Assembly (NCBI GenBank): GCA_036140295.1
Contig: JAYZYL010000007.1
Span: 36,459-100,458 of the forward strand
Direction: 5' to 3'
DNA: 64,000 bases
Source: Pseudomonadota bacterium
Lineage (GTDB): Bacteria; Pseudomonadota; Gammaproteobacteria; GCA-002705445; GCA-002716945
This document shows positions 50,748 through 61,783 of the stretch, one piece after another. The notes under the pieces are model-generated. The model saw only the letters and a program-made list of their open reading frames with translations, was not told the origin of the DNA and ran no database searches. Both the position numbers and the translations under genes were made by a program. Position 1 is the stretch's first letter; every line of letters starts with the position of its first letter.

Positions 50748-51196
50748 TAGTTGTTTATCCGCACAACCTTTCCTTCATACTTTATTAATCGTTTAATTTT
50801 TTCTCTTATAGAGGTAGCCATTGAGCGATCTACATAAGGGCCAATAGAGATAATCTTTGCTGACTTTTCATTTTTTTTAACATAAAAAAATGATTTTATC
50901 CCTATACTTTCTAGTTTCATTATAAATAATTTTATATCTTTATTTCCATCAATTTTAGGATATGTAATTACCCACGACTCAACTATTGCCTTTTCTATTT
51001 TAGGAGATTCTAAAATATCTTTTTTATTAAATTTAATTTTATCTGTATTATTTCTGACTTCGCTTGATTGAGTAGGAACATCCAATGTATAAGTAATTGT
51101 ATTTAGATTGCTTAGATACTCAATAGTTGGGTTTATGAAAATATAAAGTGGGATTAAAACAAAAACAAAAACTTTAAATATTATTTTGATATTCAT
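50747..51196 (-). CDS. SPOR-domain protein (DedD-like)
   Basis: 149-aa ORF with an N-terminal TM segment and a C-terminal SPOR-like beta-alpha-beta-beta repeat (LFIMKLESIGIKSFFYVKK...IISIGPYVDRSMATSIREKI). It lies between folC and cvpA. Confidence 0.7.
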   Translation of the reverse strand: MNIKIIFKVFVFVLIPLYIFINPTIEYLSNLNTITYTLDVPTQSSEVRNNTDKIKFNKKDILESPKIEKAIVESWVITYPKIDGNKDIKLFIMKLESIGIKSFFYVKKNEKSAKIISIGPYVDRSMATSIREKIKRLIKYEGKVVRINN

Positions 51197-52488
51197 TATT
51201 GATTTATAGCAATTTTCTTATGATTTTTTATATATCTCAAAATTTCAGAAACCGTATAAAATGATCCATAAACTAATAATTGATCTTCTTCCTCTAAAGA
51301 TTTTATGGCTTCATTATATGCTGAAATAACTGATGGATAGCTAGAAACAGTTTTTTTATCTACTAAACTTGAAATTCTACATTCGATCTCCTTAGAATTC
51401 ATTCCTCTTTCATTGTCTATAGTTCCACAATACCATTCATCAATTAAATTTTTAAATGGCTTCACTAAACTATAAATGTCCTTATCCTCAAGTACAGCTA
51501 TAACTGCAATGGTTCTCTTTTTTAGTGATTGCGACAAGTTTTTAGCTAATTGTGTTGCAGCATCAGCGTTATGAGCAACATCAAGGACTATTTCAGGTTT
51601 ACTTGAAATTATTTGATATCTTCCAAGAAGTGATGTTTTTTTTAATCCATTATATAGGTTTTTATGATTTTTAAGTACATCTGGAGATAAGTGATATAAG
51701 GCAGAAATAGCGGCAGCTGCATGACAATATTGGAAATTACCCTTTAAAGATAGGAGCGGAAGATTATTAATTTCTAAATGCTTATTTTTCCACGACCAAT
51801 TCTTTTCTGAAATTTTTAAATTAAAATCATTTCCATTACAAAGAAGTTGAGTTGAGTTTTTTTTCGAATAGTTTAATAAAGAATTTGGTGGATCTAATTG
51901 AGCGAAAACACAGTAACAAAAAGGACGCATTACTCCAGCTTTCTCTAAAGCAATGCTATCAATTGTTGATCCTAAAAACTCAACATGATCAATCCCTATT
52001 GAAGTAATTATTGAAATGTCAGAATCTACAATATTTGTTGCATCAAGCCTTCCACCCAAACCCACTTCAAGGATTACATAATCCAAATTATTTTTTTCAA
52101 ATAAATAAAGTGCAGCAAGTGTTGCAAATTCAAAATAAGTTAATGTGGTTTTACCTCTATGTTGATTAATAACCTTAAATGCTTCTATGATTTTTTCTGT
52201 ATTAGCCTCCTTGTTGTTTATTTTAATCCTTTCGTTATACCTCAACATATGAGGGGATGTGAATGTGCCTACAGAAAAACCATTTTCAGACAAAATATTT
52301 TCAAGCAAAGCAACTGTTGATCCTTTTCCATTAGTTCCTGCTACTGTAATTATTTTTTTAGCTATTTTGTTAATATTTAGTTTTTTATATACTGATTTTA
52401 TTCTTTGTATTTTAAAGTCAATATTTTTTGGATGAAGAGTTTGCTGCCAATGAAGCCATTCATCAAGATTATTAAAGTCATTTTCCAT
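51196..52488 (-). CDS. folC: Dihydrofolate synthase/folylpolyglutamate synthase
   Basis: 430-aa ORF with the Mur-ligase P-loop VAGTNGKGST, EVGLGGRLDATN and VLDVAHN. Confidence 0.93.
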   Translation of the reverse strand: MENDFNNLDEWLHWQQTLHPKNIDFKIQRIKSVYKKLNINKIAKKIITVAGTNGKGSTVALLENILSENGFSVGTFTSPHMLRYNERIKINNKEANTEKIIEAFKVINQHRGKTTLTYFEFATLAALYLFEKNNLDYVILEVGLGGRLDATNIVDSDISIITSIGIDHVEFLGSTIDSIALEKAGVMRPFCYCVFAQLDPPNSLLNYSKKNSTQLLCNGNDFNLKISEKNWSWKNKHLEINNLPLLSLKGNFQYCHAAAAISALYHLSPDVLKNHKNLYNGLKKTSLLGRYQIISSKPEIVLDVAHNADAATQLAKNLSQSLKKRTIAVIAVLEDKDIYSLVKPFKNLIDEWYCGTIDNERGMNSKEIECRISSLVDKKTVSSYPSVISAYNEAIKSLEEEDQLLVYGSFYTVSEILRYIKNHKKIAINQ

Positions 52489-53355
52489 TTAATTATTGCT
52501 CATTAACATATCAATTATTTCTGAGATAGTCTTTTTTTGCTCATTTCTATTAACTATTAAGTCAATTGACCCATGTTCTTTTAAAAATTCACTTTTCTGA
52601 AATCCTTCAGGAAGTTTTTCCCCAACAGTTTGTTCTATAACTCTTGGTCCAGCAAAACCTATTAAAGCATTTGGTTCCGCGATATTTATATCACCCAACA
52701 TTCCAAGACTTGCTGAAACACCTCCCATTGTTGGGTCTGTTAAAACAGAAATATAAGGTAATTTTTCTGCACTAAGTTTATTTAGTGCAGAGCTAGTTTT
52801 AGCCATCTGGAAAAGAGAAAAAAGTGATTCTTGCATTCGTGCCCCACCACTTGCGGAAAAACAAACTAAAGGTTTTTGTTCTTGTATACATATGTTAATT
52901 GCTGAAGTAAACTTTTCACCAACAACCGAACCCATAGAACCACCAAAGAAAGCATATTCAAATGCACAAACAATTACAGGAATTTTTTCTACATTTCCTT
53001 TAAATACAATTAAAGCATCCTTTTCGCCTGTTTTTTTCTGTGTTGAAACTAATTTATCTTTATACTTTTCTTTGTCCTTAAAGTTTAAGATATCTTTAGG
53101 CGTTATTGTTCCTAAAACTTCAACTCTTTCACTTTTATCTAGAAAAAAATCAATGCGTTTCCTTGCAGATATTCTTCCATGATGGTTACATTTAGGGCAA
53201 ACATTTAAATTTTTTTCATATTCTGCTTGATAAATAACTGAATCACAATTGGTACACTTATACCAAAGTCCCTCGGGGACTGATGATTTATTTTTCTTTA
53301 CCTTCCTAATTGCTGTTCTAATTCTAGATGGTAAAATTTTGTCTAACCAGCTCAT
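52489..53355 (-). CDS. accD: Acetyl-CoA carboxylase carboxyltransferase subunit beta
   Basis: 288-aa ORF with the N-terminal zinc ribbon CTNCDSVIY...CPKCNHH and a crotonase-like CT domain ([20 protein letters not shown]). Confidence 0.95.
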   Translation of the reverse strand: MSWLDKILPSRIRTAIRKVKKNKSSVPEGLWYKCTNCDSVIYQAEYEKNLNVCPKCNHHGRISARKRIDFFLDKSERVEVLGTITPKDILNFKDKEKYKDKLVSTQKKTGEKDALIVFKGNVEKIPVIVCAFEYAFFGGSMGSVVGEKFTSAINICIQEQKPLVCFSASGGARMQESLFSLFQMAKTSSALNKLSAEKLPYISVLTDPTMGGVSASLGMLGDINIAEPNALIGFAGPRVIEQTVGEKLPEGFQKSEFLKEHGSIDLIVNRNEQKKTISEIIDMLMSNN

Positions 53356-54167
53356 TTTTTATCCAATACTTTGTTTATTCCTGATAGGAAAGATTTAATT
53401 TTCTTATACATCATATTTTTATTATGTATGTATTTTTCAATTAATTCTACTATAGAACTACCAATAATTATACCATCAGAAAATGCACTGATTTTTTTGG
53501 CAGAGGATTTATTTTTTATTCCAAATCCTACTGCAACTGGGACTTTATCTTTTGAAATCTTTTGAATTTGTTTTACTTTGTCCTTGATAGAATTAATATT
53601 TTTAATTGAATTTCCAGTTATTCCTTTTATTGAAACATAATAAACATAACCATCTGAATATCGTACAATTTTTTTAAGCCTACTTGTATCAGTTGTTGGA
53701 GATGCTAAAAAAATTTGTTTTAATTGGTTTTGTTTAAAAATTTTATTCACTGTATGCGCTTCCTCAACAGGAAGATCAACAATTAATATCCCATCTACTC
53801 CGCATTTATTTGCCTTGATAGCAAATTTTTCATATCCCATTTTTTCAATTGGATTCATGTAACCCATAAGAACAATAGGGGTTATTTTATTAGTTTTTCT
53901 AAAATTCTTTACAACCATTAGCGTGCTTTCTAAGGTAGTTTTACTTTTTAGTGATCTCTCAATCCCTTTTTGTATAACAGGCCCATCAGCTATTGGATCA
54001 GTAAAAGGCATCCCTAATTCAATTAAATCTACTCCTGCTTCTACCATTATATTTAATAGTCTTAAAGTAATATTTGTGTTTGGATCTCCACAAACAAGAT
54101 AAGTTATAAAAGTTGTTTTTTGAATTGAAGTCGCATCCTTTTTAAATGCGCCTGAAATTAAATTCAT
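53352..54167 (-). CDS. trpA: Tryptophan synthase alpha chain
   Basis: 271-aa ORF with [17 protein letters not shown] and GFGI motifs. It overlaps trpB by 4 nt. Confidence 0.94.
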   Translation of the reverse strand: MNLISGAFKKDATSIQKTTFITYLVCGDPNTNITLRLLNIMVEAGVDLIELGMPFTDPIADGPVIQKGIERSLKSKTTLESTLMVVKNFRKTNKITPIVLMGYMNPIEKMGYEKFAIKANKCGVDGILIVDLPVEEAHTVNKIFKQNQLKQIFLASPTTDTSRLKKIVRYSDGYVYYVSIKGITGNSIKNINSIKDKVKQIQKISKDKVPVAVGFGIKNKSSAKKISAFSDGIIIGSSIVELIEKYIHNKNMMYKKIKSFLSGINKVLDKK

Positions 54168-55375
54168 AATTTTATTCCTTTAAGTAGAGCAACACTATCA
54201 ATATCTTTGTCTCCTCTACCTGACAAATTAACTAATATATTTTTTTTATTTCTTTTTCTCGCTAATCTAAATGCAAACGCTAAAGCATGGGAAGTTTCTA
54301 ATGCTGGTATTATTCCCTCTTCCTCTGTTAACAGATAAAATGCCTTTAATGCTTCCTTATCCGTAACACTTGTGTATTTAACTCTTCCATTATCCTTTAG
54401 CCATGAGTGTTCAGGGCCAACTCCAGGATAATCTAGTCCAGCAGATATTGAATGTGTTGATTTAATTTGTCCATGCTCATCTTCCATAATATATGTTTTA
54501 TTTCCATGTAATATCCCTGGCTTTCCTGCACATAAAGGCGCGGCATGTTTATCTGTATTAAGTCCATACCCTCCTGCTTCTACACCAAACATTTCAACCT
54601 TATCATTTAAGAATGAATGAAAAAGGCCAATTGCGTTTGAACCTCCACCAACACAAGCTATTAATATATCGGGGTTTTTATTTATAATAGTTTTCATTTG
54701 TTTCTTTGACTCAGAACCTATAATTGATTGGAAATCTCTTACAATCATTGGGTAAGGATGAGGACCTGCTACTGAACCAATTATATAGTGTGTGTCATCA
54801 ACATTTGTTACCCAATCTCTAAGTGCCTCATTTAAAGCATCTTTTAATGTTTTTGAGCCAGAGGTTACTTCAATTACTTCTGCACCTAATAATTTCATTC
54901 GGTAAACATTTATACTTTGTCTGTTAATGTCTTCCCTTCCCATATAAATAACACATTTTAAATTTAGCCTTGCGCAAGCAGTTGCAGTCGCGACACCATG
55001 TTGTCCTGCTCCAGTTTCAGCAATTATCCTAGTTTTTCCCATCTCTTTTGCTAACAATGCTTGTCCTAAAGCATTATTTATTTTATGAGCACCTGTATGA
55101 CATAAATCTTCTCTTTTAAGGAAAATATTACAGTTCCCTAAAAGTTTGCTTATTTTTTCTGCATGATAAATTGGTGTTGGTCTTCCAACATAATGAAGTA
55201 GTTCTTTTGTTAATTTTTTTTGAAAATTTGTAGATTTTCCAATTTTTTTATAAGAATCTAATAATTGTTTCAAAGGATGTATTAATGTTTCTGAAACATA
55301 TGTCCCTCCATATAAATCGAAATGCCCATCTTTATCTGGCTGCCCTTTATAATTATTTTTTTTCATTTTTTTCAC
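54164..55375 (-). CDS. trpB: Tryptophan synthase beta chain
   Basis: 403-aa ORF with the PLP-Lys context [21 protein letters not shown] and GGGSNAIG. Confidence 0.96.
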   Translation of the reverse strand: MKKMKKNNYKGQPDKDGHFDLYGGTYVSETLIHPLKQLLDSYKKIGKSTNFQKKLTKELLHYVGRPTPIYHAEKISKLLGNCNIFLKREDLCHTGAHKINNALGQALLAKEMGKTRIIAETGAGQHGVATATACARLNLKCVIYMGREDINRQSINVYRMKLLGAEVIEVTSGSKTLKDALNEALRDWVTNVDDTHYIIGSVAGPHPYPMIVRDFQSIIGSESKKQMKTIINKNPDILIACVGGGSNAIGLFHSFLNDKVEMFGVEAGGYGLNTDKHAAPLCAGKPGILHGNKTYIMEDEHGQIKSTHSISAGLDYPGVGPEHSWLKDNGRVKYTSVTDKEALKAFYLLTEEEGIIPALETSHALAFAFRLARKRNKKNILVNLSGRGDKDIDSVALLKGIKL

Positions 55376-55994
55376 TGTCTGCCATTCTTACATTTTCTAC
55401 AAATTTTTTCATCAAACTATGGGATTTTTTCCTTTTTTCTAATTCTATTCCACTACTTACATCTATACCCCATGGTTTATATTTTAAAACTAACTCTTTA
55501 ACATTAGTATGATTAAGTCCTCCTGCAACAAATAATTGTTTTCCTGCTCCTTCTAATGTTTTAATAGTTTCCCAATCAAATTTTATGCCTGTACCTCCGG
55601 AACCATCTTTTCCTTTTGAATCTAGTAGAAACGCAAATGCTTTTTTGTAATTTATATTAAAATTATTTTGATCAGTTAAATGTATGGTCTTGATATAAGG
55701 TAATTTGAAACTGTTACACATTTCAGATTCTTCTTGGCCATGGAATTGTAAAAGATTAAGTTGTATATTTCTTAAAATATTGTTGATAAATTCTTCTGAT
55801 TGATTCATAAATACACCAACTAATTTCTTGGAATCATTACAAATTTTATAAATTTCCTCTGCCTTTGAAATGTCAATATATCGAGGACTAGATTTGACAA
55901 ATACTAATCCAAGATAATCGATATCTAAGTCTAACGCATATTTCACATCATCTGTATTTGTAAGCCCACAGAATTTAATCTTAGTTTTGTTCAT
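55353..55994 (-). CDS. trpF: N-(5'-phosphoribosyl)anthranilate isomerase
   Basis: 213-aa ORF with KIKFCGLTN at the N-terminus, LQFHGQE, and GIDVSSGIE near the C-terminus. Confidence 0.92.
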   Translation of the reverse strand: MNKTKIKFCGLTNTDDVKYALDLDIDYLGLVFVKSSPRYIDISKAEEIYKICNDSKKLVGVFMNQSEEFINNILRNIQLNLLQFHGQEESEMCNSFKLPYIKTIHLTDQNNFNINYKKAFAFLLDSKGKDGSGGTGIKFDWETIKTLEGAGKQLFVAGGLNHTNVKELVLKYKPWGIDVSSGIELEKRKKSHSLMKKFVENVRMADSEKNEKK

Positions 55995-56000
55995 TTGTGC

Positions 56001-56789
56001 CTATATATTATATAAAAAAGAGTTATCTGTATTTAATATTTTATACTTTTTTGGATATTCAATATTCATTAAATAGAGTCCTTTTGACGACACTTTTTTT
56101 CCAGCTTTTTGTCTATCTTTATTTTTTATAAGTTTACCAACATATGATGGGTCATATTTCCCTAATCCTACTTCTAATAATGTTCCAACAATATTTCGTA
56201 CCATGTGATATAAAAAAGCATTAGCTGTAATATCAATAATTATAAAATTTTCTTTTATTTTAATAGTTATTTTTTGGACTTTTTTAATAGGGTTTTTAGC
56301 TTGACAACCAGCTGACCTAAAACAACTAAAATCATTTTCTCCTCTAAGATATTTGATAGATTGTCTTATCTTACTCACATTAATTTTAGTTCTTTCCCAA
56401 AGAACAAAATCGAATAATAGGGATGAAGGTTGTTCCTGATTTAATATTATATAACGATAACTTCTTGAGATAGCTGTATATCTAGCATGGAATTCACTAT
56501 CAACAAAAAATAGCTTATTTACTTTAATATCTTCGGGTAAATGACTATTTATTCCCATGATCCAATTCTTTTTATCTCTTTTTTTGTCAGTATCAAAATG
56601 TATAAATTGTCTATGGGCATGAACTCCAGTATCTGTTCTCCCGGCACAAATTGATTTAATTTTATGATCTGCTACTTTTGAAATTGCATTATCAACAAAG
56701 TATTGTATTGTTTTTTTTGATTTATTATTTTGGGCTTGCCATCCAGTATAATTTGTACCTTTATATTCGATACAAAGCACTACCCTCAT
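56001..56789 (-). CDS. truA: tRNA pseudouridine(38-40) synthase
   Basis: 262-aa ORF with YKGTNYTGWQ and the catalytic Asp motif AGRTDTGVHA. Confidence 0.94.
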   Translation of the reverse strand: MRVVLCIEYKGTNYTGWQAQNNKSKKTIQYFVDNAISKVADHKIKSICAGRTDTGVHAHRQFIHFDTDKKRDKKNWIMGINSHLPEDIKVNKLFFVDSEFHARYTAISRSYRYIILNQEQPSSLLFDFVLWERTKINVSKIRQSIKYLRGENDFSCFRSAGCQAKNPIKKVQKITIKIKENFIIIDITANAFLYHMVRNIVGTLLEVGLGKYDPSYVGKLIKNKDRQKAGKKVSSKGLYLMNIEYPKKYKILNTDNSFLYNI

Positions 56790-57628
56790 TATTTCAATTG
56801 AAGATAAAGTAGTTTTGCTTCATGTATCTCGGCTTCAGTTCCCGAGTCAACAACATTTGTTAATATCTCTTTTGCTTTTTTAATATCATTACTTTCTATT
56901 AGTGCTCGTGCTAAGTCAATTTTAGAAATATTCTCATCTTCTAAAAGATTAGCTGGCTCATCGTCTGGAACAGAAGGTTTTGGTTTTGGTTTTGGTTTTG
57001 GTTTTGGTTTTGGTTTTGGTTTTGGTTTATCTGAATCAGTTGTTTTAACCCTTCTTTCCTTTTTCGCTCTTTCCGGTAATGCATTATTTTTTGTATCAAT
57101 TGATGAATCTATTTTAAGTAATAACTCTTTAATCAGAGTAGCTTGCTCGAGTAAGTCTGTATTCTTTTTAGTTGATTCTTTTTTGAGAAGTTTTTTTAAA
57201 TGATTTTCTGTTTCATTTAATGCCTGCCCTAATTCTACTCTAGAAATAGCACCTTTTATTTCACTCTTAAGTTTTTCTATTTCAAGGTTGGATGTTCTAA
57301 ACCTCTCAAACAAAAATGAAAGAAGTAAAAATCCTATCAAAGAGTATATTAAACCTTTCATAGTAATTTCAATTGATGCAAATGTCGCAAATATTAGCCA
57401 AAAAATATTTTCTAAAACCCCTAAAACTGGAGCTAAACTCTCTAATATTGATCCCAACACCATTAAAACGAGTTCGACTATCCCTGGTGCGGCACTGCCT
57501 GGCTCTCCTCCAGGCAAAATTCCATTTTGTATTAAAGATTCAGAGAAAGGCCTCATAACAGAGGTTGCCTCTAAAATAAAAATTATTACTAAAAATGCTA
57601 GGATTAAATTAAAAATTATCTTAAACAC
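56789..57628 (-). CDS. fimV: FimV/HubP-family remnant: polytopic N-terminus, coiled coil, (KP)9 linker, FimV C-terminal motif
   Basis: 279-aa ORF. The C-terminal KIDLARALIESNDIKKAKEILTNVVDSGTEAEIHEAKLLYLQL resembles the FimV C-terminal domain. It lies between asd and truA, where fimV sits in Pseudomonas. No LysM domain is visible. Confidence 0.65.
   Translation of the reverse strand: MFKIIFNLILAFLVIIFILEATSVMRPFSESLIQNGILPGGEPGSAAPGIVELVLMVLGSILESLAPVLGVLENIFWLIFATFASIEITMKGLIYSLIGFLLLSFLFERFRTSNLEIEKLKSEIKGAISRVELGQALNETENHLKKLLKKESTKKNTDLLEQATLIKELLLKIDSSIDTKNNALPERAKKERRVKTTDSDKPKPKPKPKPKPKPKPKPSVPDDEPANLLEDENISKIDLARALIESNDIKKAKEILTNVVDSGTEAEIHEAKLLYLQLK
56976..57029. repeat. Hexanucleotide microsatellite (GGTTTT)8 plus GGTTTA, encoding (Lys-Pro)9 on the minus strand
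   Basis: Read directly from the sequence: eight perfect GGTTTT units from 56976 to 57023 and one imperfect unit at 57024-57029. The repeat is in frame within the fimV-like ORF. Confidence 0.97.
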
Positions 57629-58653
57629 TATAAACTCTCTATTAGTTTCTCAGCAATTTGAACACTATTGAGTGCTGCCCCCTTTCTAACATTATCAGCA
57701 ACAACCCAAAGATTCAAAACTTTATCATTATCAAGTCCTTTTCTAATTCTCCCTACAAAAACATCATCTGTTCCATGCCCTTCAGAGAATGCTGTTGGGA
57801 ATGCAGACGCTTCTTTATCGTCTATAAGCTGTATACTATCATGATTTTCAAAATCTTGAATTACTTCGTTTATATCTATATTTTTCTCTGTCTCAACTGA
57901 AACTGATTCTGAATGTCCAACTAATACAGGTACCCGAACTGCCGTAGGATTTACAGAAATAGTAGCGTCCAGGATTTTTTGTGTTTCCCAAACCATTTTC
58001 ATTTCTTCTTTTGTATAATTATTATCACAAAAACTATCAACAAAAGGAATTGTATTAAAAGCTATCTGTTTAGGGTAAATTTTTGGTTTAATATCTTTTT
58101 GCTTAAAATATGAATTTGTCTGATCAATAAGTTCATTAATTCCTTCTTTTCCTGATCCAGAAACAGCTTGATACGTTGACACATTAATATGTTTAATTGA
58201 ATATCGATCATGTATTGGTTTAAGCGCAACTAACATTTGTATTGTTGAACAATTTGGATTTGCAATTATATTTCTATTCTTATAATTTACTAGTTCATCC
58301 AAGTTAACTTCTGGAATAATTAACGGTATGTCATTTACATAACGAAATTCTGAAGTATTATCAATTACTATACAACCAGCATCAACCGCACGAGGGACAA
58401 ATTCTTTTGATACTGTACTGCCGGCAGAAAAGAAAGCTACGTCTGTTTGCTTAAAATTAAAATCATTAATAGATTCAACAACTAGAAGTTGTTTTCCAAA
58501 TTTTACTTTATTTCCTTTTGATTTATCGCTGGCTACGGCAACAATATTAGAAATTGGAAAATTTCTTGAATTCAAAATATCTAATAATGATTCTCCAACT
58601 ATTCCAGTTGCACCAACAATTGCTACATTATATTTTTGTTTTCTATTTAACAT
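57628..58653 (-). CDS. asd: Aspartate-semialdehyde dehydrogenase (short, Gram-positive-like type)
   Basis: 341-aa ORF with VAIVGATGIVG, the active-site Cys in ANPNCSTIQM, and His in VLVGHSESV. A USG-1-like paralogue cannot be fully excluded, but the catalytic residues are present. Confidence 0.82.
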   Translation of the reverse strand: MLNRKQKYNVAIVGATGIVGESLLDILNSRNFPISNIVAVASDKSKGNKVKFGKQLLVVESINDFNFKQTDVAFFSAGSTVSKEFVPRAVDAGCIVIDNTSEFRYVNDIPLIIPEVNLDELVNYKNRNIIANPNCSTIQMLVALKPIHDRYSIKHINVSTYQAVSGSGKEGINELIDQTNSYFKQKDIKPKIYPKQIAFNTIPFVDSFCDNNYTKEEMKMVWETQKILDATISVNPTAVRVPVLVGHSESVSVETEKNIDINEVIQDFENHDSIQLIDDKEASAFPTAFSEGHGTDDVFVGRIRKGLDNDKVLNLWVVADNVRKGAALNSVQIAEKLIESL

Positions 58654-59740
58654 GATTTTTAATTTCTTCTAAAATCTTATCTCCCATCTGACTTGTTGAA
58701 ACAAAGTTGTCAGACCCAGCAAGATCTTTAGTTAAAATTCCATCATTTAATATATTATTAATTGATACTCTTATTGATTCAGACAAGTCCTGTTTATTGA
58801 ATGAATACTCTAGCATCATTGCAAATGATAAGATCATTGCAATTGGATTAACAACTCCTTGTCCAGCTATATCAGGAGCTGATCCATGTACCGGTTCATA
58901 TAAACCTTTATTTTCTATTGAAATTGAAGCTGAAGGCAACATTCCAATTGAACCAGTTAACATTGAACCTTCATCTGACAATATATCTCCAAATAAATTT
59001 CCTGTTAATATAACATCAAATTGTTTTGGCTCCTTAATTAACTGCATTGCAGCATTATCTATATACATATGATTTATTTCAATATCTTTATGCTGTTGGG
59101 CAACCTTATCAACAGTCTTTCTCCATAATTGTGATGTTTCTAAAACATTTGCTTTATCTACGGATGTAACTTTCTTATTTCTTTTCGACGAAATTGAAAA
59201 AGCAAAATTGGCTATTCTTTCAATTTCACTCTCTAGATACTTCATTGTATTAAAAGCATAGGTATCGTCATTTATTGTTTTAAATCCTCTTGGTTCTCCA
59301 AAATATACATCACTTATTAATTCTCTCACTATCAAAATATCTAAATTATTTATTATTTCAGGTTTTAATGTAGAGCTGTTAATTAATGAATCAAATAGAA
59401 AAACTGGCCTTAAATTAGCAAAAAACTTAAGCTTTTGTCTTAATTCTAAAAGTCCATATTCTGGTTTTAATTTCCTTTCATTATTCTCATGTTTTTTTGT
59501 ACCAACGGCTCCAAGTAAAATAGAGTCAGAATTGGATGCCTTTTCCAAAGTTATATCAGGGAATGGTGTTCCATGATTATCTAATGCGATACTCCCTATA
59601 TCAGCATAGTCATAATTGATATTTAATAACTTTTCTTCATTAAAATAATCAATTAGCTTAACAGCCTCTGACATAATCTCTGGGCCAACTCCATCTCCAG
59701 GCAATAATAAAACATTATTCTTTTTTATATTCATCATCAA
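58643..59740 (-). CDS. leuB: 3-isopropylmalate dehydrogenase
   Basis: 365-aa ORF with LLPGDGVGPEI, NLFGDILSDE and GSAPDIAGQG motifs. The start may be Met3 at 59734. Confidence 0.95.
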   Translation of the reverse strand: MMMNIKKNNVLLLPGDGVGPEIMSEAVKLIDYFNEEKLLNINYDYADIGSIALDNHGTPFPDITLEKASNSDSILLGAVGTKKHENNERKLKPEYGLLELRQKLKFFANLRPVFLFDSLINSSTLKPEIINNLDILIVRELISDVYFGEPRGFKTINDDTYAFNTMKYLESEIERIANFAFSISSKRNKKVTSVDKANVLETSQLWRKTVDKVAQQHKDIEINHMYIDNAAMQLIKEPKQFDVILTGNLFGDILSDEGSMLTGSIGMLPSASISIENKGLYEPVHGSAPDIAGQGVVNPIAMILSFAMMLEYSFNKQDLSESIRVSINNILNDGILTKDLAGSDNFVSTSQMGDKILEEIKNHVK

Positions 59741-60365
59741 ATAACCAAGGTTTTTTATCTTTTAACTTTTTCTCAAAGTCTTTAATTAAGTTTTTATGTT
59801 TAAGCGTTAATTCAATATCATCATATCCAAAGATAACTCTATCTTTATTTAATTGATCTATTGAGAAATTAATCGTAGTGTTATCAGGCGTACTAATTGT
59901 CTGATTAAGCACATCAATTGTCAAATGATATATTCCTGAATCTGGTATTTGTTCAAACAGCCAATCTAATTCAGTCTTCTTAATTGGGATTAATAAAAGT
60001 TGGTTTTTGAAACTATTATTAGAAAAAATTTCTGCAAAAGAGCTGGAGATTACTGCTTCTATCCCAAAATCCTTAATTGCCCACACTGCATGTTCTCGTG
60101 ATGAACCACATCCAAAATTATCATTCACAACTAAGATGTTTCCAGAAGAATAAGGTTTTTTATTTATAATAAAATTATTATTTATTTTTCTATTTTTTTT
60201 TGTGCTTAGATCGCCAGGTTCATCGTACCTCCACGAATCAAATAAAAATTTTCCAAAACCTGTTTTACCAATTGATTTAAGATATTGTTTTGGAATTATT
60301 ACATCTGTATCAATATTGGATTGATTGATAGGAATAACTTGGCCTTTGATAATTTTATTTTTCAT
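59715..60365 (-). CDS. leuD: 3-isopropylmalate dehydratase small subunit
   Basis: 216-aa ORF with NFGCGSSREHA and DTDVIIPKQYLK motifs. It follows leuC with a 1-nt overlap. Confidence 0.94.
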   Translation of the reverse strand: MKNKIIKGQVIPINQSNIDTDVIIPKQYLKSIGKTGFGKFLFDSWRYDEPGDLSTKKNRKINNNFIINKKPYSSGNILVVNDNFGCGSSREHAVWAIKDFGIEAVISSSFAEIFSNNSFKNQLLLIPIKKTELDWLFEQIPDSGIYHLTIDVLNQTISTPDNTTINFSIDQLNKDRVIFGYDDIELTLKHKNLIKDFEKKLKDKKPWLFDDEYKKE

Positions 60366-61765
60366 TAAATATTAGTAACATCATCAAAGTGTCCTTTGAT
60401 TGCTGCAAATGCTGCCATAGCAGGGCTAACCAAATGTGTTCTTCCTTTGTCACCCTGTCGCCCTTCAAAGTTTCTGTTTGATGTAGAGGCACACCTTTCA
60501 TATGGTCCAAGTTTATCATCATTCATTCCTAAACACATTGAGCATCCAGGGTCTCTCCATTCAAATCCAGACTTAACAAAAATTTTATCCAATCCTTCCT
60601 TTTCAGCTTGCGCCTTAACATGCCCCGAGCCTGGCACAACAATAGCTTGTTTTATATTCTTTGCAATTTTAGATTGCTTAATTATTTTAGCAGCCAATCT
60701 TAGATCTTCTATTCTAGAATTAGTACATGATCCAATAAAAACTTTGTCTAATTTAATTGAACTAATATCCTGATTAGGTTTCAAACCCATATATTCAATT
60801 GCTTTGTTAAAGGATTCCTTTTCACCTTTATCTGTTATTGAGTCAGGGTCAGGAACTTTTCCATGTACTGACGTCGTCATTTGTGGCGATGTTCCCCATG
60901 TAACCTGAGGCTCTATTAACGATGCATCAATGTCTATAATCTTATCAAATTTAGATCCGTCATCACTCTTAAGTGTTTCCCAATATTTTACTGCCTCATC
61001 AATATGTTTGTTTGAAGCTAAAAACTTTCTATTTACCATATATTCAAAGGTTTTTTCATCAAATCCTACAATACCTGATTTAGCTCCAGCTTCTATACTC
61101 ATATTGCAAATAGTCATTCTACTTTCAATACTTAAATTTCTAATACATTCCCCAGCATATTCAATTGTATATCCTGTGCCCCCGGAAGTTTTAATTTGTC
61201 CAATTATGTACAAAATAAGATCTTTAGATGTTACAAGATTATTTAAATTATTATTAACATTTATCTTTAAATTCTTTTCCTTTTTTATATTCATGCATTG
61301 TGTTGCAAGTACATGCTCTACCTCACTTGTTCCAATACCAAAAGATAGTGCTGAAAGAGCTCCATGGGTAGAAGTATGTGAATCACCACAAACCAATGTC
61401 ATTCCAGGTTGGGTAATTCCCAATTCAGGACCTATTATATGTACGATTCCTTGTTTGATATCATTTAAATCAAAATAATTTATTTCATGTTTCTCGCAAT
61501 TATTGATAAGTGTATCAACTTGTAATTTAGATATTGGGTCTTTTATTCCAGATTCTCTATTTTGAGTTGGTACATTATGATCTGAAACTGCATAGATTGA
61601 GTTTTTATTCCATACTTCTCTATTTTTTGTTGAAAGACCATCAAATGCTTGTGGAGATGTAACTTCATGAATAAGATGTCTATCAATATAAATTAATGAT
61701 GTCCCATCGTCATTCTTGGTTATCTGATGTTCATTCCAAATTTTATCATATAAGGTTTGTTTCAT
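60365..61765 (-). CDS. leuC: 3-isopropylmalate dehydratase large subunit
   Basis: 466-aa ORF with the aconitase-family Fe-S ligand contexts [23 protein letters not shown] and CSMCLGMN. Confidence 0.96.
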   Translation of the reverse strand: MKQTLYDKIWNEHQITKNDDGTSLIYIDRHLIHEVTSPQAFDGLSTKNREVWNKNSIYAVSDHNVPTQNRESGIKDPISKLQVDTLINNCEKHEINYFDLNDIKQGIVHIIGPELGITQPGMTLVCGDSHTSTHGALSALSFGIGTSEVEHVLATQCMNIKKEKNLKINVNNNLNNLVTSKDLILYIIGQIKTSGGTGYTIEYAGECIRNLSIESRMTICNMSIEAGAKSGIVGFDEKTFEYMVNRKFLASNKHIDEAVKYWETLKSDDGSKFDKIIDIDASLIEPQVTWGTSPQMTTSVHGKVPDPDSITDKGEKESFNKAIEYMGLKPNQDISSIKLDKVFIGSCTNSRIEDLRLAAKIIKQSKIAKNIKQAIVVPGSGHVKAQAEKEGLDKIFVKSGFEWRDPGCSMCLGMNDDKLGPYERCASTSNRNFEGRQGDKGRTHLVSPAMAAFAAIKGHFDDVTNI

Positions 61766-61783
61766 TTGTTTAAAATGGTAAGG

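Noticed and set aside
56976-57029. I asked whether the GGTTTT tandem repeat could be a CRISPR-like or intergenic repeat array.
   Set aside because: The units are contiguous with no spacers, only 6 nt long, and in frame inside a coding sequence. It is a coding microsatellite, not a CRISPR array.
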